DNA of 32,000 bases, from positions 600,001-632,000 of the forward strand of contig AP027131.1 in assembly GCA_027925225.1 (NCBI GenBank), read 5' to 3'. The DNA is from Candidatus Saccharimonadota bacterium (GTDB taxonomy: Bacteria; Bacillota_I; Bacilli_A; Mycoplasmatales; Hepatoplasmataceae). Below are positions 1-11,686 of this stretch, in pieces (the stretch's first letter is position 1; each line of letters opens with the position of its first letter). Position numbers and translations under genes: made by a program. Below the pieces are notes generated by a model, which made no database searches, was not told the origin of the DNA, and worked only from the letters and a program-made list of their open reading frames with translations.

Positions 1-1
1 T

Positions 2-274
2 TGAATAATTGCTCTAATTTATGGATTAGGTTTATTTCTTATATTTTTAATTACAGTAACTCAATTATGATTAGAAAACGTAGAAGCTACAACAACTAAA
101 ATAAAACTTCCAAATTGGTATAAAAAATTAGGATATTTTTATGAGCCAGTTGAGATATTTTTAAATCTTGAGACAGAACCAAATTATGATGATGAATTAA
201 CTTCTGATACATCTTTTCTCGAGATTAAAAGCGAAAATAAATTTTATGAATCAAGTGATGATAGGCGTTGATAA
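2..274 (+). CDS. 3' end of a hypothetical membrane-associated protein (partial, start outside window)
   Basis: Frame 2 is open from the window edge to TAA at 272-274 with TGA=Trp. It has a hydrophobic helix (IIALIYGLGLFLIFLITV) followed by an acidic tail. No family recognised. Confidence 0.4.
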
Positions 275-304
275 ATATAAAATAGAAATCTTTAATATTG
301 ATTT

Positions 305-679
305 CTATTTTTTTTCTTCTTTCTTAGCATTCTTTTTTGCTTCTTTTTCTTTTTTCTTTGCTTTTTTTGCTGCTTTTGCTTGTTCTTTTTTTGCTTTTAT
401 TCCTGTTTCTTCTTTTATTGTTTCAATATTTCTGTGAATTAAAATAGTTTTTCTAACAGAATAATAAATAAAGAAAACAAATAAAAAACATTCTAATAAA
501 TATAGTAATGCAACTAAAACTGTTACAAAAGTATCTCATCCATCTTCTGAATCTGATACATCAATCATTTTTTGAATAGAATTTACTATTGCATCAACAC
601 CAAAAGCAACCGATAAAATTCCTATAAAAAATCATCCTATAAATCTAGGTCATAATTTTGATATTTCTTTACTGCTCAT
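305..679 (-). CDS. small 2-TM membrane protein with Lys/Ala-rich C-terminal tail (hypothetical)
   Basis: ATG at 679-677 is preceded by AAGAGGAGAAAA. The 124-codon frame has 4 in-frame TGA and ends at TAG 307-305. The plus-strand ORF 246-437 in the track is its antisense artefact. Confidence 0.6.
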
Positions 680-756
680 TTTTCTCCTCTTAAATTATAT
701 TTTAAGAAAATAAGTTACAATTTTAAAAAAAATCTTTGCAAAGTTATTTTTAAAAA

Positions 757-1221
757 TTATTTTCTTTTAAAGTAATATGCGTTTATAAAAGTATTTATTT
801 TTTTTGTTTTTATTAATAAAAAATCATTATTATCTCATTTGGGAAAATATACATCACCTTTAAATTCTTTTTCTATAATTGATATAATCATTAAATCAAC
901 AAAAGGAAGAAATTGTAAATAAACATTTCTTCCACCCAAAACAATAATATCTTCATTTTTAGATCTGTTTACTATTTTTTCTATATCAGTTTCAATTTCC
1001 AAATTTTTATATTTATTTAATAAACTTTTATTATTGCTTAATAAAATTATTTTTTCATTAGGTATTTTCTTAAAAGAATAAAAAGTATTTTCCCCCACTA
1101 CTAGAATTTGATTTTTTATTTCTGATTTAAAATGTTTTAATTCATCAATAAAATATCATGGCATTTTATTACCACTTCCAATAAGCATATTTTTATCATA
1201 TGCAACAATTAATTTAAGCAT
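757..1221 (-). CDS. folA: dihydrofolate reductase
   Basis: 154 aa once TGA is read through. Motifs seen: IGSGNKMPWYF, VVGENTFYSF, IIVLGGRNVY, GDVYFPKWD. Start is ATG 1221-1219 and stop is TAA 759-757. Confidence 0.85.
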
Positions 1222-1240
1222 TATTTTTATAACTATTTCT

Positions 1241-1741
1241 TTAAAGTTTTTTTTCTGTTTTTTTGCTTATTTTTTTTGAATTTGACTTAACTTCTACTGA
1301 ATTTTTATTATTTTTAATTTCTAATAATTTTTTATATTCTTTTTTTTCTTTATTTATTTCATTTTTTCTAACATTTTTCAATTTATCAGATAAAAAAGAT
1401 TCATCTTTTCTAAATTGCTTTTCCATTATAAAAATTTTTTCTTCTTGAATTTTTATTAATTTCTTTAAATTTTCCTTTGAAAATTTAATAATTGTATCAC
1501 TTTCTTTTTTTAAATTAGTTTTTTTACTTTTTGCATTTTCTGATTGACTTTTAATTTCAATATTAGAATTATTTGTTTTTTTTGGTGATGATAAAACCTC
1601 AAGATTTTTCTTATCTTTCTTCTTTTTAAGAGAATCACCCTCAATTATATTTTTATCATTTTTAATTTGTTTTCTATAAAACTCATTAAAAAAATTAGAA
1701 ATGCTTTTATCACTACGAACTTTTTTAGAAAAAATAGACAT
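1241..1741 (-). CDS. Lys-rich, coiled-coil-like hypothetical protein
   Basis: Continuous ORF ending in TAA. The preferred start, ATG 1741-1739, lies behind GAGGAAATTT. The ORF ends 20 nt upstream of the folA start. No family recognised. Confidence 0.55.
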   Translation of the reverse strand: MSIFSKKVRSDKSISNFFNEFYRKQIKNDKNIIEGDSLKKKKDKKNLEVLSSPKKTNNSNIEIKSQSENAKSKKTNLKKESDTIIKFSKENLKKLIKIQEEKIFIMEKQFRKDESFLSDKLKNVRKNEINKEKKEYKKLLEIKNNKNSVEVKSNSKKISKKTEKKL

Positions 1742-1825
1742 AAATTTCCTCAACATAAACAACCTTTTTTTATATAGGATAATTATACTAAACAATAAAG
1801 CAATAAATTAAAAAAGATTAAATAT

Positions 1826-3085
1826 TTATAAAAATTGTTTTTTTGTTTTTAATTTTTTATTTTTTAATAAAAAATTAAATAAACTAAAAAATATAACAAA
1901 ATCTATTAAACCAATATAAATAATAAATTGAAAATTTGTATAAAAATTATTAATCACTTGTGGAAAGATTCCAAAAAATAATAAATCTAAAATTGTTCCC
2001 ATAGATATAATGACTGAAGTATTTAATAAATCTAAAATCATAAAATTTAATCCCACAAAAAAACAATAAAATAAGTAAATTGGCAAAAATTCAATAAATA
2101 AAAATTCAATAGGTTCACTAATACCCGTAAAAATTACAAATAATGCAAATCAAAGAAACTTTTTATTTTTTGTGTTTTTAAAATAAGCAATTGAAATAGC
2201 GGGCAATATAAATATCGTCACATCAAGTAATCCTTGTTCATATTGTCCTGGATTAATACCATAAGTAAAATAATATGTCTCACCATTAACTTCATCCAGT
2301 AAAAGTGCACCAGTATTTGAATATTCTCTTACTTGATCCATTGTAATACTATTTGTATAACAAAAAAATCAAATCCCAATTTCTCCTTGTGAAACAACTT
2401 CTCCATCTGTAACAGAGATAATTTGTCCACCTAATGAAGAATAATTAAACAAAGCATTTGTAATTATTTGCGTTCCAAAAATAACAAATAATCTATTTAA
2501 AAATCCATAAAAAAAGGCATCAAATCCATATGGTAATCTTATTGTTAATAACAATGAATTAAAAATAAGATAATAAAATATTGGAAATAATAATATATAT
2601 AAAAAAATAAAAAACAAATTAAATAAAAAATAATAAAAATAAAATTCTTTCTTTTTTTCAATAAAATATTTATTAAAAATAAATCCATTTAAAAAAGCTA
2701 ATAAAAAAAGAGAAAAAAATGTAAAAGAAAAATATGATATGCCATAAAAACTTTTTATAATATATTCTTTATTTTCATTTAAAAGAAATAAGTCATTTTT
2801 TATAAAAATATTTTGAAATAAAAAGAAAAATAAAAAAACAATTATGAAAAAAATAAAAGACAATTCTTTTTTTTCTTTTGTATAAAAATATAAAAAGAAA
2901 AATGAAATAAAAATAAATAAAGTATTTAAAAAAAAATTTAAAACATCTTGAAAAACAAATGAATTAAAAACTAAAAAAATTCCATTAATAAAAACAAGAA
3001 AACCCACAAAAATTAATGGAAAAATTATTGCTCTTGAAAGATTTTGAAAAAAATTACTTTTACCGATTTTCTTATTAGTTTTCAT
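1826..3085 (-). CDS. PTS sugar transporter, EIIC component (glucose/GlcNAc-family-like)
   Basis: Three track fragments share one frame joined by TGA, giving 419 aa. The N-terminus FFQNLSRAIIFPLIFVG resembles the EIIC N-terminal motif. The EIIC signature GISEPIEFLF is present at about 2096-2125. Confidence 0.8.
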
Positions 3086-3093
3086 TTAAATTA

Positions 3094-3462
3094 TTATTTT
3101 ACAATAAAACCTAAATCTAAATATCTATGTAATAAATTTCTCTTTTCTCTGAAATAAATATAAATATTAGCAATAAATAAAGTAAAAATTGAAAGAAAAA
3201 CAAATCCTATTTCCCTTCTTATAATTAAAAGAAAAAATGGAAAAAATAACATTATAAATTCTTTTCGTTTATTAAATCTAAATTCTACTAAAAAAAGATC
3301 TTTGCTCATTTTATCTACTTTAAATAAAAATCCATTTTTCTTTAAATTGAATGATTCATTTTGAAATTTTTTTAAAATTTTATCTTCACTTAATTCTAAA
3401 AATAAGGACAAAGATTTTAAATTAAATTTTTTTTCTAAAATTAGATTGTTTTCTTTATTCAT
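3094..3462 (-). CDS. hypothetical membrane protein between the EIIB- and EIIC-encoding genes
   Basis: ORF with ATG 3462-3460 (the track start at 3477 is a TTG) and TAA stop. It has two C-terminal hydrophobic helices. Confidence 0.45.
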   Translation of the reverse strand: MNKENNLILEKKFNLKSLSLFLELSEDKILKKFQNESFNLKKNGFLFKVDKMSKDLFLVEFRFNKRKEFIMLFFPFFLLIIRREIGFVFLSIFTLFIANIYIYFREKRNLLHRYLDLGFIVK

Positions 3463-3507
3463 AATTAAATATTTCAAGAAGAATTATAGTTTATTTTAAA
3501 TTAAAAA

Positions 3508-4611
3508 TTAATTTTTAAATATTTCTTTATAAATTAATTCGGATTTTAAGCCAAAAATAATTTGAACATAGTTTTCATTTTTTATTATTCCCTTTGCACC
3601 ATTTTTTCTTAATAAATTTTCATCAATTTCTTCAATTTTTTTTAAACTTAATCTTATTTTAGTTAAACAAAATGAAGAATTTATAATATTATCTTTTCCT
3701 CCTATTGCTTTTAAAATTTCAAAATGTTTTATTTCATTTTTTTCATTTTTAAATTTTAAATGAGAAAAATTTAATTTTAAAAAATAAAATAAAATTAATA
3801 AAAAATTAATAAGTAAAAAAATAAAAATAATATTAATTTGGAAATAAGATACTAATAAAAAAAGTAAATTTACTAATAAAAATGGAAAAATAAAAGTAGG
3901 AATAAGTAAAAATGGAATTGAAATTAGATATGAATATTTTGTTAAAAAAATTAATAAAAAGGAAAGAAAAAATATAAATAATAAGAAAATATAATTTTTT
4001 TTATTTAATAAAAAAAAATTTAAAAAAAGGAATAAAGAAAATATTAAAAAAGAAATAAAAAATAAAGATGATAAATTATATATTTTATCTTCATAAATAA
4101 AATTTGAAAAAATACTTAATAAATAATAAAAAAAGGAAAGAAAAATTGAAAAAATAAAAAAAAATATTGGAAAAAACTTAGAATCTGAAATCAATGAAAA
4201 TTTTCCATTTTTATAATTTGATGTAAAAGATAAAAAGTAAAATATTATTAAAAATGAAAAAATAATTTGAAAAAAATTTATTGGAATTAATAAAAAATTA
4301 TTTATTTCTCAAAAATTAAAATTAGTATTAATAAGATTTGTATTTATGAAAATATTTTCAAAAAGCAATAATGAAAAAAAAAATATTCAAACTGAAAAGT
4401 AAATAAAAATATTTTTTTCAAAAATAGAATAAAAATATCCAGAAATTCAAAAAATAATTGAAATAAAAATTAATGAATAAGATATATTTTTAGAATAAAA
4501 GGATATTGTAAAAAATAAAAAAATATTTAATAAAAATAAGGAAAATAAAAATAAATTTTTATTGCTAATACTTACAAAAACAATTTTTCTTTTGCTAAAT
4601 GCTTTTAACAT
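3508..4611 (-). CDS. polytopic F/L/I-rich membrane protein with C-terminal PTS EIIB domain
   Basis: 367 aa, checked stop-free from 4195 to 4611 with TGA=Trp. The C-terminal roughly 75 aa, ILKAIGGKDNIINSSFCLTKIRLSL...GAKGIIKNENYVQIIFG, match the glucose-family EIIB pattern including the Cys. Confidence 0.7.
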
Positions 4612-6949
4612 TTTTTACATTCCTTTTAAGATTAGAATTATTTAATCATTTCTCAATTTCTAACAAAGTTCCATTTACAAAATGATTATTCTGCACTTCA
4701 AAAGTAATAACATTTTTATATCTATTATAAATTTGAATTTTATCATCTCTCATACTGTAATCAATTTGTTTTTGTTCGCTTTTATTTACTGAAGTTTTAT
4801 TTAAAAAGAATTTTGTATAAGGGTGAATTGGATAATTAAAGATGTAGTTTGCTGTTCCATATTCAACAATGGAACCATATTGAAAAACATAAACTCTATC
4901 TGAAATATATTTTGTTGTTCCAAAATCATTTGTAATAAAAAGAATAGAAATTTTATATTTTTCTTTTATCAATTTTAAAATTTCTATTATTTCAAATTTT
5001 GTAATACTATCCAAAGAAGTAACTGATTCATCAGCAATTATTAACTTAGGATTAGAAACAAGAGCTTTTGCTATTAAAATTTTATGTTTTATTGAATTTG
5101 GAAATTGAAAGGGATAATAATCTAAAATATTTATAGGTAAATTTAAAATTTCAAAAATATCTAAAATTTTTTCTTTAAAAATATTTTCTTTATTTTTTTT
5201 AGAATAAAGATTTTCTATTATTTTTATATCTTCCAGTATTTTTATTCTTTGACTTTCTAAGTCTCTAATTTTTTTTGTTATTTCAAATGAAAATGTTTCC
5301 TCCTTTTCAAAATTTGAAATTCCTCGTTTTTTTATATTATTTACAAGATTTTCTTTTAAAGTATCTAACTTTTCATTAATATTTTTTTCTATTCATTTGT
5401 TTTTAACTAAAACTTTTACTAATTCTTTTTTTTCTTTTTTTAAATTTATAATTCTTGCTTTATCTGCTTTTTTTTGCAATGTATATTCTTTTTTAAAAAA
5501 TTTTCTTTGATTTTTAAATTTTCAACTCATAAGAGAAAGATAAACAGTACAAATTTTATTATTATAAAAATAAATGGTTTTATAGAAACTCTTTAAATTA
5601 TTTAAATTGTGATTATAAATTTCTTCTTTAGAATCTTCTAAAAATTTTAAAAACATTTTTTTAATTTCTCTAAAAAGAACTAACTCATAGTTTAAACTTA
5701 AAATTTCATCTTTTTTTAGCAAAATAAGTTCTTTGTTTGTAATTCTTTTATTTTTAATTTTTAAAAAATCAATATATTTTTCTAAGTTTTCAATTATTTC
5801 ACTTTGCTCTTCTAGACGTTTATTAATTTGATCTGTAAAATGATTCATAAATTTTTTAAAAGGAATTGAATTAATTGGAGATTTTTCAAAAAGTAAATTT
5901 TTAATATAATTTATTCTAACACTATATTTTTCAATAATAGGAAACTTCTCTTTTTCTGATAAAAGATAATTTAAATAAATAATTATTTCTTTTTTATTTT
6001 TTTTTACATCTTCTATTGATTTTATTTTTTCAAGTTCAAAATCAGGTTTTTCAAGAAAAATTTTAAAATCTATATCTTTTTTAAAAAGTTTTTGAAAAGT
6101 TTTTAATAAAAATGTTAATTCAGAAAAAATAAGAGAAAAATTTAATTTTTTTAAAAAATATTCGCTATCTAAATATAATATTGCATATTTTTCATCTTTA
6201 AAAGATAAAGATGCTATTTTTTTATCTTGTTCATAATTCTTTTTAATTTTTCTAATCTCAGTAAATTTTTCTTCTCTTAAAAATTTAATTTTTTCACGAT
6301 ATGTTAATCTATATTTCTTTTTTGATAATTTTGAATTTTTTATATTATTATTTATTTCTTTTAATTTTATTTTTTTTTCATAATAAAGCTGTTTTTGTTC
6401 TGTTTCTTTATAAAGCATATCTTTTTCACTTTTTAAAATACTATCTACTTTATTTATCATTTTATTTGCATTATATTTCTCAGGATATTTATATTTAAAT
6501 AATTTATTTTCAATTTCCTTTTTATTTTGATAAAGAATTTCTAATTCTTTTTCTTCTTCTTTTTCAAGAATTCCAAAGTCTTTAAATGATTTTTTTAAAA
6601 TTGTTTTTATCTTATCATTAGGATTTAAAGATGAAGCTGCATTTTCAAAAATCATTTGTACAGTTTCATAAATTCATCTATTTTTATTATTTATGTTTTT
6701 TATACCATGCGTTGGAATTAATTTTTCATTAATAATAATTTTTCCTTCGTAGAATTTATTGTAGCCTAAAATTGTTTTTGCTAGGGTTGTTTTTCCGGCA
6801 CCAGATTCACCAACTATTCCAACAATTTCATTTTTTTTAATTGTAAAATTTATATTATTTAAAACACTATCAATTTTTTTATATGATTTCATATTTATTG
6901 ATAAATTTTTTATTTCTAAAATTGTTTCGACTTTTTCTTTATTTTCCAT
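4595..6949 (-). CDS. oppF: oligopeptide ABC transporter ATP-binding protein with about 480-aa Lys/Glu-rich insertion
   Basis: All fragments are in one frame, giving 784 aa. Walker A is GESGAGKTT, the Q-loop region is QMIFENAASSLNP and Walker B is KLIIADES. The C-terminus YPIHPYTKFFL is typical of Opp ATPases. The gene reads through the TGA at 4646-4648 to TAG at 4595-4597. Confidence 0.85.
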
Positions 6950-6954
6950 AGTAT

Positions 6955-8031
6955 TTATTTATTCCATATATCTTGGATTAATTTTGAAACCTCTAAATTT
7001 TTAGGAGAATTTTTATCATAGATTCAAGAATATACATAATGGCTATTAGTATGAAAAAATTGTGGGGGTTTTAAAAATTGATCTATTTTTAAAGAATATT
7101 CATTTTTAAAAGAAAAATAATTATCATTATTTTTAAAATTTTTATGTTTTTTATCATCTGAAAATATATCAAAATATTTTGCATTTTTTTCATTAATTAT
7201 AGTCATTATTAGACTTCAAGTATAGGGATGAAGAGGATATTTCATTATCTCTTCTTTTTTGCCTTCTTCTACTAAAGAACCTTTGTATATTATTCCCATA
7301 ATACTTGCCAATTCAGAAATTAAATTAATATCATGAGAAATTATTATCATCCCAATATTATTTTTTTCTTGAATTAATTTTAAAATTTTTATCATTTCAT
7401 TTCTTTCCATTAAATTTAAATTCATAAAAATTTCATCTAAAATTATTAATTTTGGTTTACTAAAAATAATAATTAATAATGCAATTTTTCTTAATTCAAA
7501 ATTTGAAAGTTCATGAGGATAAGAATTTAAAACAACATAAGAATTTTTAAAATTAAAACTTTCTAATAAATCTGAAGCTTTTATAAGCAATTTATTTTTA
7601 TAATTTTTATCTTTTTTATTTTTTAATAATTCTTCTTCAATAATTTGAAATCAAATCTTAAGATTTGGGTCCAGCATTAAAAAATTAGATTGCATAAAAT
7701 AACCAATGGTTTTCCCTCTTAATTTTGATTTTATTCAATCTGATCTTTTAAAATTTGTAACATCAATTCCATCTAAAATTATTTCTCCTTTTTCAATAAA
7801 AAAATCATTTTCAACTCCTAGAATTAAATTAGCAAGTATGCTTTTACCAGAACCCGTTTCACCAACAATTCCATAAATTTCATTTTCATACAATTTTAGG
7901 GAAATATTATTTAAAATAATATTGTTATTTTTATCATATACTCTTAAGTTTTTTATTAATAAAAGAGGATTATCATGTAATTTTGCTTTTACTTTTTTTG
8001 GTAGAATTGTTGTTAAAACTGGTAATTTCAT
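6955..8031 (-). CDS. oppD: oligopeptide ABC transporter ATP-binding protein
   Basis: 358 aa in one frame. Motifs seen: Walker A GETGSGKS, YPHELS, KLIILDE, IISHD, YPLHPYTW. Confidence 0.85.
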
Positions 8032-8936
8032 TATTTTAATTCTCCCTTTTCAAGATAAAATTCTTCTTTATTTATTCCAAAAATAAATAATTCTAAAAAA
8101 ACAAGAAAAATTACAAGCATTGATGTTGTAACTCAAATTGCATCTTTATTTATAGGATTTGATCAAAGTGCTTCACTTAGAGTTCCGCCTATTGTTAAAA
8201 CATTTTCATTATTAAGACCCATAACTCCTATGGTAGCTTCAAAAATAATTATTAGTGGAATACTTTTAAAAAACTCATATATTAAAAAAGGGAACATTAC
8301 ACCAAATAAAGATATTAATCCACTAACATTTTTTCCTCTTAATGTTTGTGTTTTTCAAAGATATTCTTGTTCATCTAATTTTTTAATTTCCTGATCAATT
8401 CTAACTGACATAATTGACCAACCAGTAAGAATAAAAGAGATAAAAATAATTAAATAAGATTCCTCAAATAGAAGTGTAAAAATTGTAAGAATCAGTAATG
8501 ATGGTAATGCTTGTAACATTTTTATTAAAAAAACAAAGAAGTTTGAAAATTTTTTTCAATAATTTATTGAAAAACTAACAAGACTTGCAATAACCATATT
8601 AACAAAGGAGATTACAATTGCAAGACAAAAAGTAATTAAAAATGAATATCAAAGTCTTGACCATATATCTCTACCAAATTGATCAGTTCCTAAAATATAT
8701 TGATTAGATGAAAGCTGATTTATATCATCGCTTTTTAAAAGTGGATCAATTGTGAAAAAAATTACTATTATAATGGTAACTAAAAGAAAAAATAAAGATA
8801 ATATTAATCCAATTTTTGCAGTAAGACTTGATACAAAAACTCTTTGAAAAGTTTTAGAAAAATTCTCTTTTGATTTAAGAGTTTCAACCTTTGTTTCTGA
8901 TGTATATTTTTCAAATAAATTTATTTCTTCTTTCAT
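8031..8936 (-). CDS. oppC: oligopeptide ABC transporter permease
   Basis: 301 aa, checked stop-free. The N-terminus has the pattern ILGTDQFGRDIWSRLW typical of OppC/DppC. Its TAA overlaps the oppD ATG (TAATG). Confidence 0.8.
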
Positions 8937-8937
8937 T

Positions 8938-9816
8938 TTATTTCAAGTGCCTTATTTTTGGATCTGCAATTTTTGTAAGAATTTCTCTTACACCAAAAAT
9001 TACAACAAATAAAATTGAATAAATCATTATTGAATCTAAAAATAAAACTCCATCTCCACCAGGTTCTTTTATAGATATAACTAATAATGAACTTATTCCA
9101 GGAATATTAAATAAAATTTCAAGTGCAATTGAATTAAAAATTAATAAAACCATCACAACCGGTAAATAATAAATATAATAATAAAAAATTTGAAAACTTA
9201 AATGATTCTTAAGAATATTTTTTTCATTTAAGCCTTTAGTATAAAGAAAATTAAAATAAGTTTTTTCTTTCTCTTTTTTTAAAGATTTTGAAATTAAATG
9301 TGTATAAAAAAATGAAATTGAAATAAAAAGTGAAAAAATAACAAGAAAAATAGGAAGAAAATTATTCTGGTTTTCTAAAAATGTTTTATTTGAAGCAAAC
9401 ATAAAAAACATTATTCCGAAAACAAAAGGTGAAAAAGCATAAGAAAAAATTGCTATAAATTTCGATAAAAATTTTTCTCCTTTAAATTTTTTAATTGAAA
9501 GAAAATAAGAAGAAAAAACTGCTACAATAGAAGAAAAAAATAAAACAATAAAAATTATTAAAAAAGAATATTCAATATTTGTAGAAGCAAAAGAAGAAAA
9601 ATCTGCGCCTTTAGCTACAGAATATCCTCAATCAAAACTTAAAAAGTTTCCAAGATAATCAAAATATTTTGAAGCACCATATTCACTTGTTGAATCAAAA
9701 TTTGGGGAAACTTGTATAAAAATAAAAACTATTGTAAATATAAATCAAATAAAAAATATTGTTTCTAAAACTAATTTTAGAAGTATAAAAAACCATTGTT
9801 TAAATTGCAATGACAT
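8938..9816 (-). CDS. oppB: oligopeptide ABC transporter permease
   Basis: Polytopic permease whose C-terminus ADPKIRHLK matches the OppB/DppB ending. Start is ATG 9816-9814; an in-frame GTG at 9897-9895 is an alternative start. Confidence 0.75.
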
Positions 9817-9932
9817 CTTATCAGATAAAATATTTACTTTTTTATCTTCTATTAAAGTTTGAATGGCGATATATTGGTCTTTGTTATTATTTTTCACTTT
9901 GACTTGTTAATTATATCATTAAGTTAAAATCA

Positions 9933-10784
9933 CTATTTTACAATATCTATAGCATAAAGTGCAGATTTTATAAAATAGAAATAAACAAAAATTCTTATAT
10001 AAATCAAATAAGATGAAGAAGCTATTCTTAAATTTATTTCACCCAGTCAATTGTAATTAAAATAGAAATATTGTGAATAAGGTCTTATTACATATCCCGT
10101 TATAACTCGCGCAATAATTATTGCAAGGGAAATAAAAAATATTAAACTCAAATCCCTATATTTTTTATTTTTTAATAAAAGAAACATTCAAATCATAAAA
10201 ATTATTATAAAAAATAAATTTATTCCTAAATAAATAAAAGAAACTTCTAGTCTCAAATCTTCTACAAAAAATAATAATCATGTAAAAGTTAATGCTAAAA
10301 AAGAAATATAAAGTAAATTAGTTTTCATAATAAATGACTCAGCACTTCCTTTATCATTAATACTTTTATTTTTATACATTCTTCCAAAATATCCAGAAAT
10401 TAAACCTGTAATTGGCAATATGAAAAATGCAATAATTTGAAATCCTCAACCATTTATTAGTGTTCTTGTCGTGTCTGCTATTGCACCAAAAAATATTGCT
10501 TCTATTGGTCCATATAAAAAACCGATTGAAACAATTGTAAGATCATCCATAGAAAAAGGAATTATTTCATTTGTATGAGGAATAACTCTTGTGATATAAG
10601 CTTGAAAAATAAAAATTGCTAAAAACATTCCAAAAATTGGAAGTTTTTCAATTGTAAGAATTTTTGTTCCTTCTTTTCTATATTTAAAAAAATAAAAAAG
10701 TATTGATGATAACAATAAAAAAGAACAAGAAACAACAATAATACCTCAAATTGCTCAATCTAATGAACTATAGTCACTTGTCAT
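9933..10784 (-). CDS. polytopic membrane protein, ECF-transporter S-component-like
   Basis: 283 aa, checked stop-free. The motif YGPIEAIFFGAIADTTRTLINGWGF resembles the conserved G-P...D..G loop of ECF S components. The assignment is tentative. Confidence 0.5.
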
Positions 10785-11686
10785 TATTCATTAATATTTA
10801 AAAATAAAATAATTTTTTTCATTCAAGAATCTATTGTAGATCTTGAAATATTTGCTTTATATATTAAATTGTATTTGTAATTTAAATCAGAAAGTGAATC
10901 TCCTGGATTTTCAAGTCTTAAATTTGCTAAATTTTTTAAATTCATTGGCAATCTAGAAAACTTATTTTCTTTTTTTAATTTCTTAATTGCTTTTATTTGT
11001 TTTTCACTTGCAGTATGTGTTTTAATTTTATTATATTTTTCAACTGATTCTGTTTTTTTAGTAATGGAAATAAAATCTCTTGCAATTCTTTGATCTTCAA
11101 AATAAAGTAAAGAACTAGATGCATTCATAACTTTTAAAAGGTCAGAAATATAGGTAGCTTTTTTAACATAAAAGTGATATTTATCTTCTTTTTTATAAAG
11201 CAAAAAATTTATATTTAAAATTTTAAAAATTTTTTTAAGTAATTTAAATATTATTTCACCTTCAAATTCATCCTTAAAAGATAATTCAAAATGATAAAAC
11301 TTTGATGTGGGAGAAGTTATTGTTCCTTTTGCAAGAAAAATTGCGGACAATATTGGTTTTATATCATTTATATTTTTTAATTTTATTTTATTTACAAAAT
11401 TTGTTAATTTGCTTTTTATATTTTTTAATTCAATATCTAAAATAAAAAAATTTTTTGTATTTATAATATTTAATTTATCGGGATTTATTATTTCTTTTAT
11501 TAATTTTTCTAAATTATCTTTGCTATTTTTTGAAAGATATATTTTTGCTAATAATTTATCATCTGTAAGATTCTTTTTTGAAAAATAAAGAAAAGAAATT
11601 ATCAAATTTTTTTTATCATCTTCTTTTCATGAAAAATTTAATATTTCATATTTTACAAAATCTGTAAAGGATGTTTTTATATTCAT
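10784..11686 (-). CDS. whiA: DNA-binding sporulation/cell-division regulator WhiA homolog
   Basis: 300 aa. It has a degenerate LAGLIDADG-like core (FLAKGTITSPTSKFYHFEL) and a C-terminal HTH region (RLENPGDSLSDLN). Its stop overlaps the downstream ATG by 1 nt. Confidence 0.75.

Noticed and set aside
246-437. Plus-strand track ORF (poly-Phe/Ser/Ala low complexity)
   Set aside because: It is the antisense of the Lys/Ala/Glu-rich tail of the better-supported minus-strand gene 305-679. It has no RBS.
5110-6600. Separate gene or mobile insertion inside oppF
   Set aside because: The segment is in the same uninterrupted frame as both ABC half-domains, with no internal RBS/start context or flanking repeats. 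It is treated as an in-frame insertion domain.
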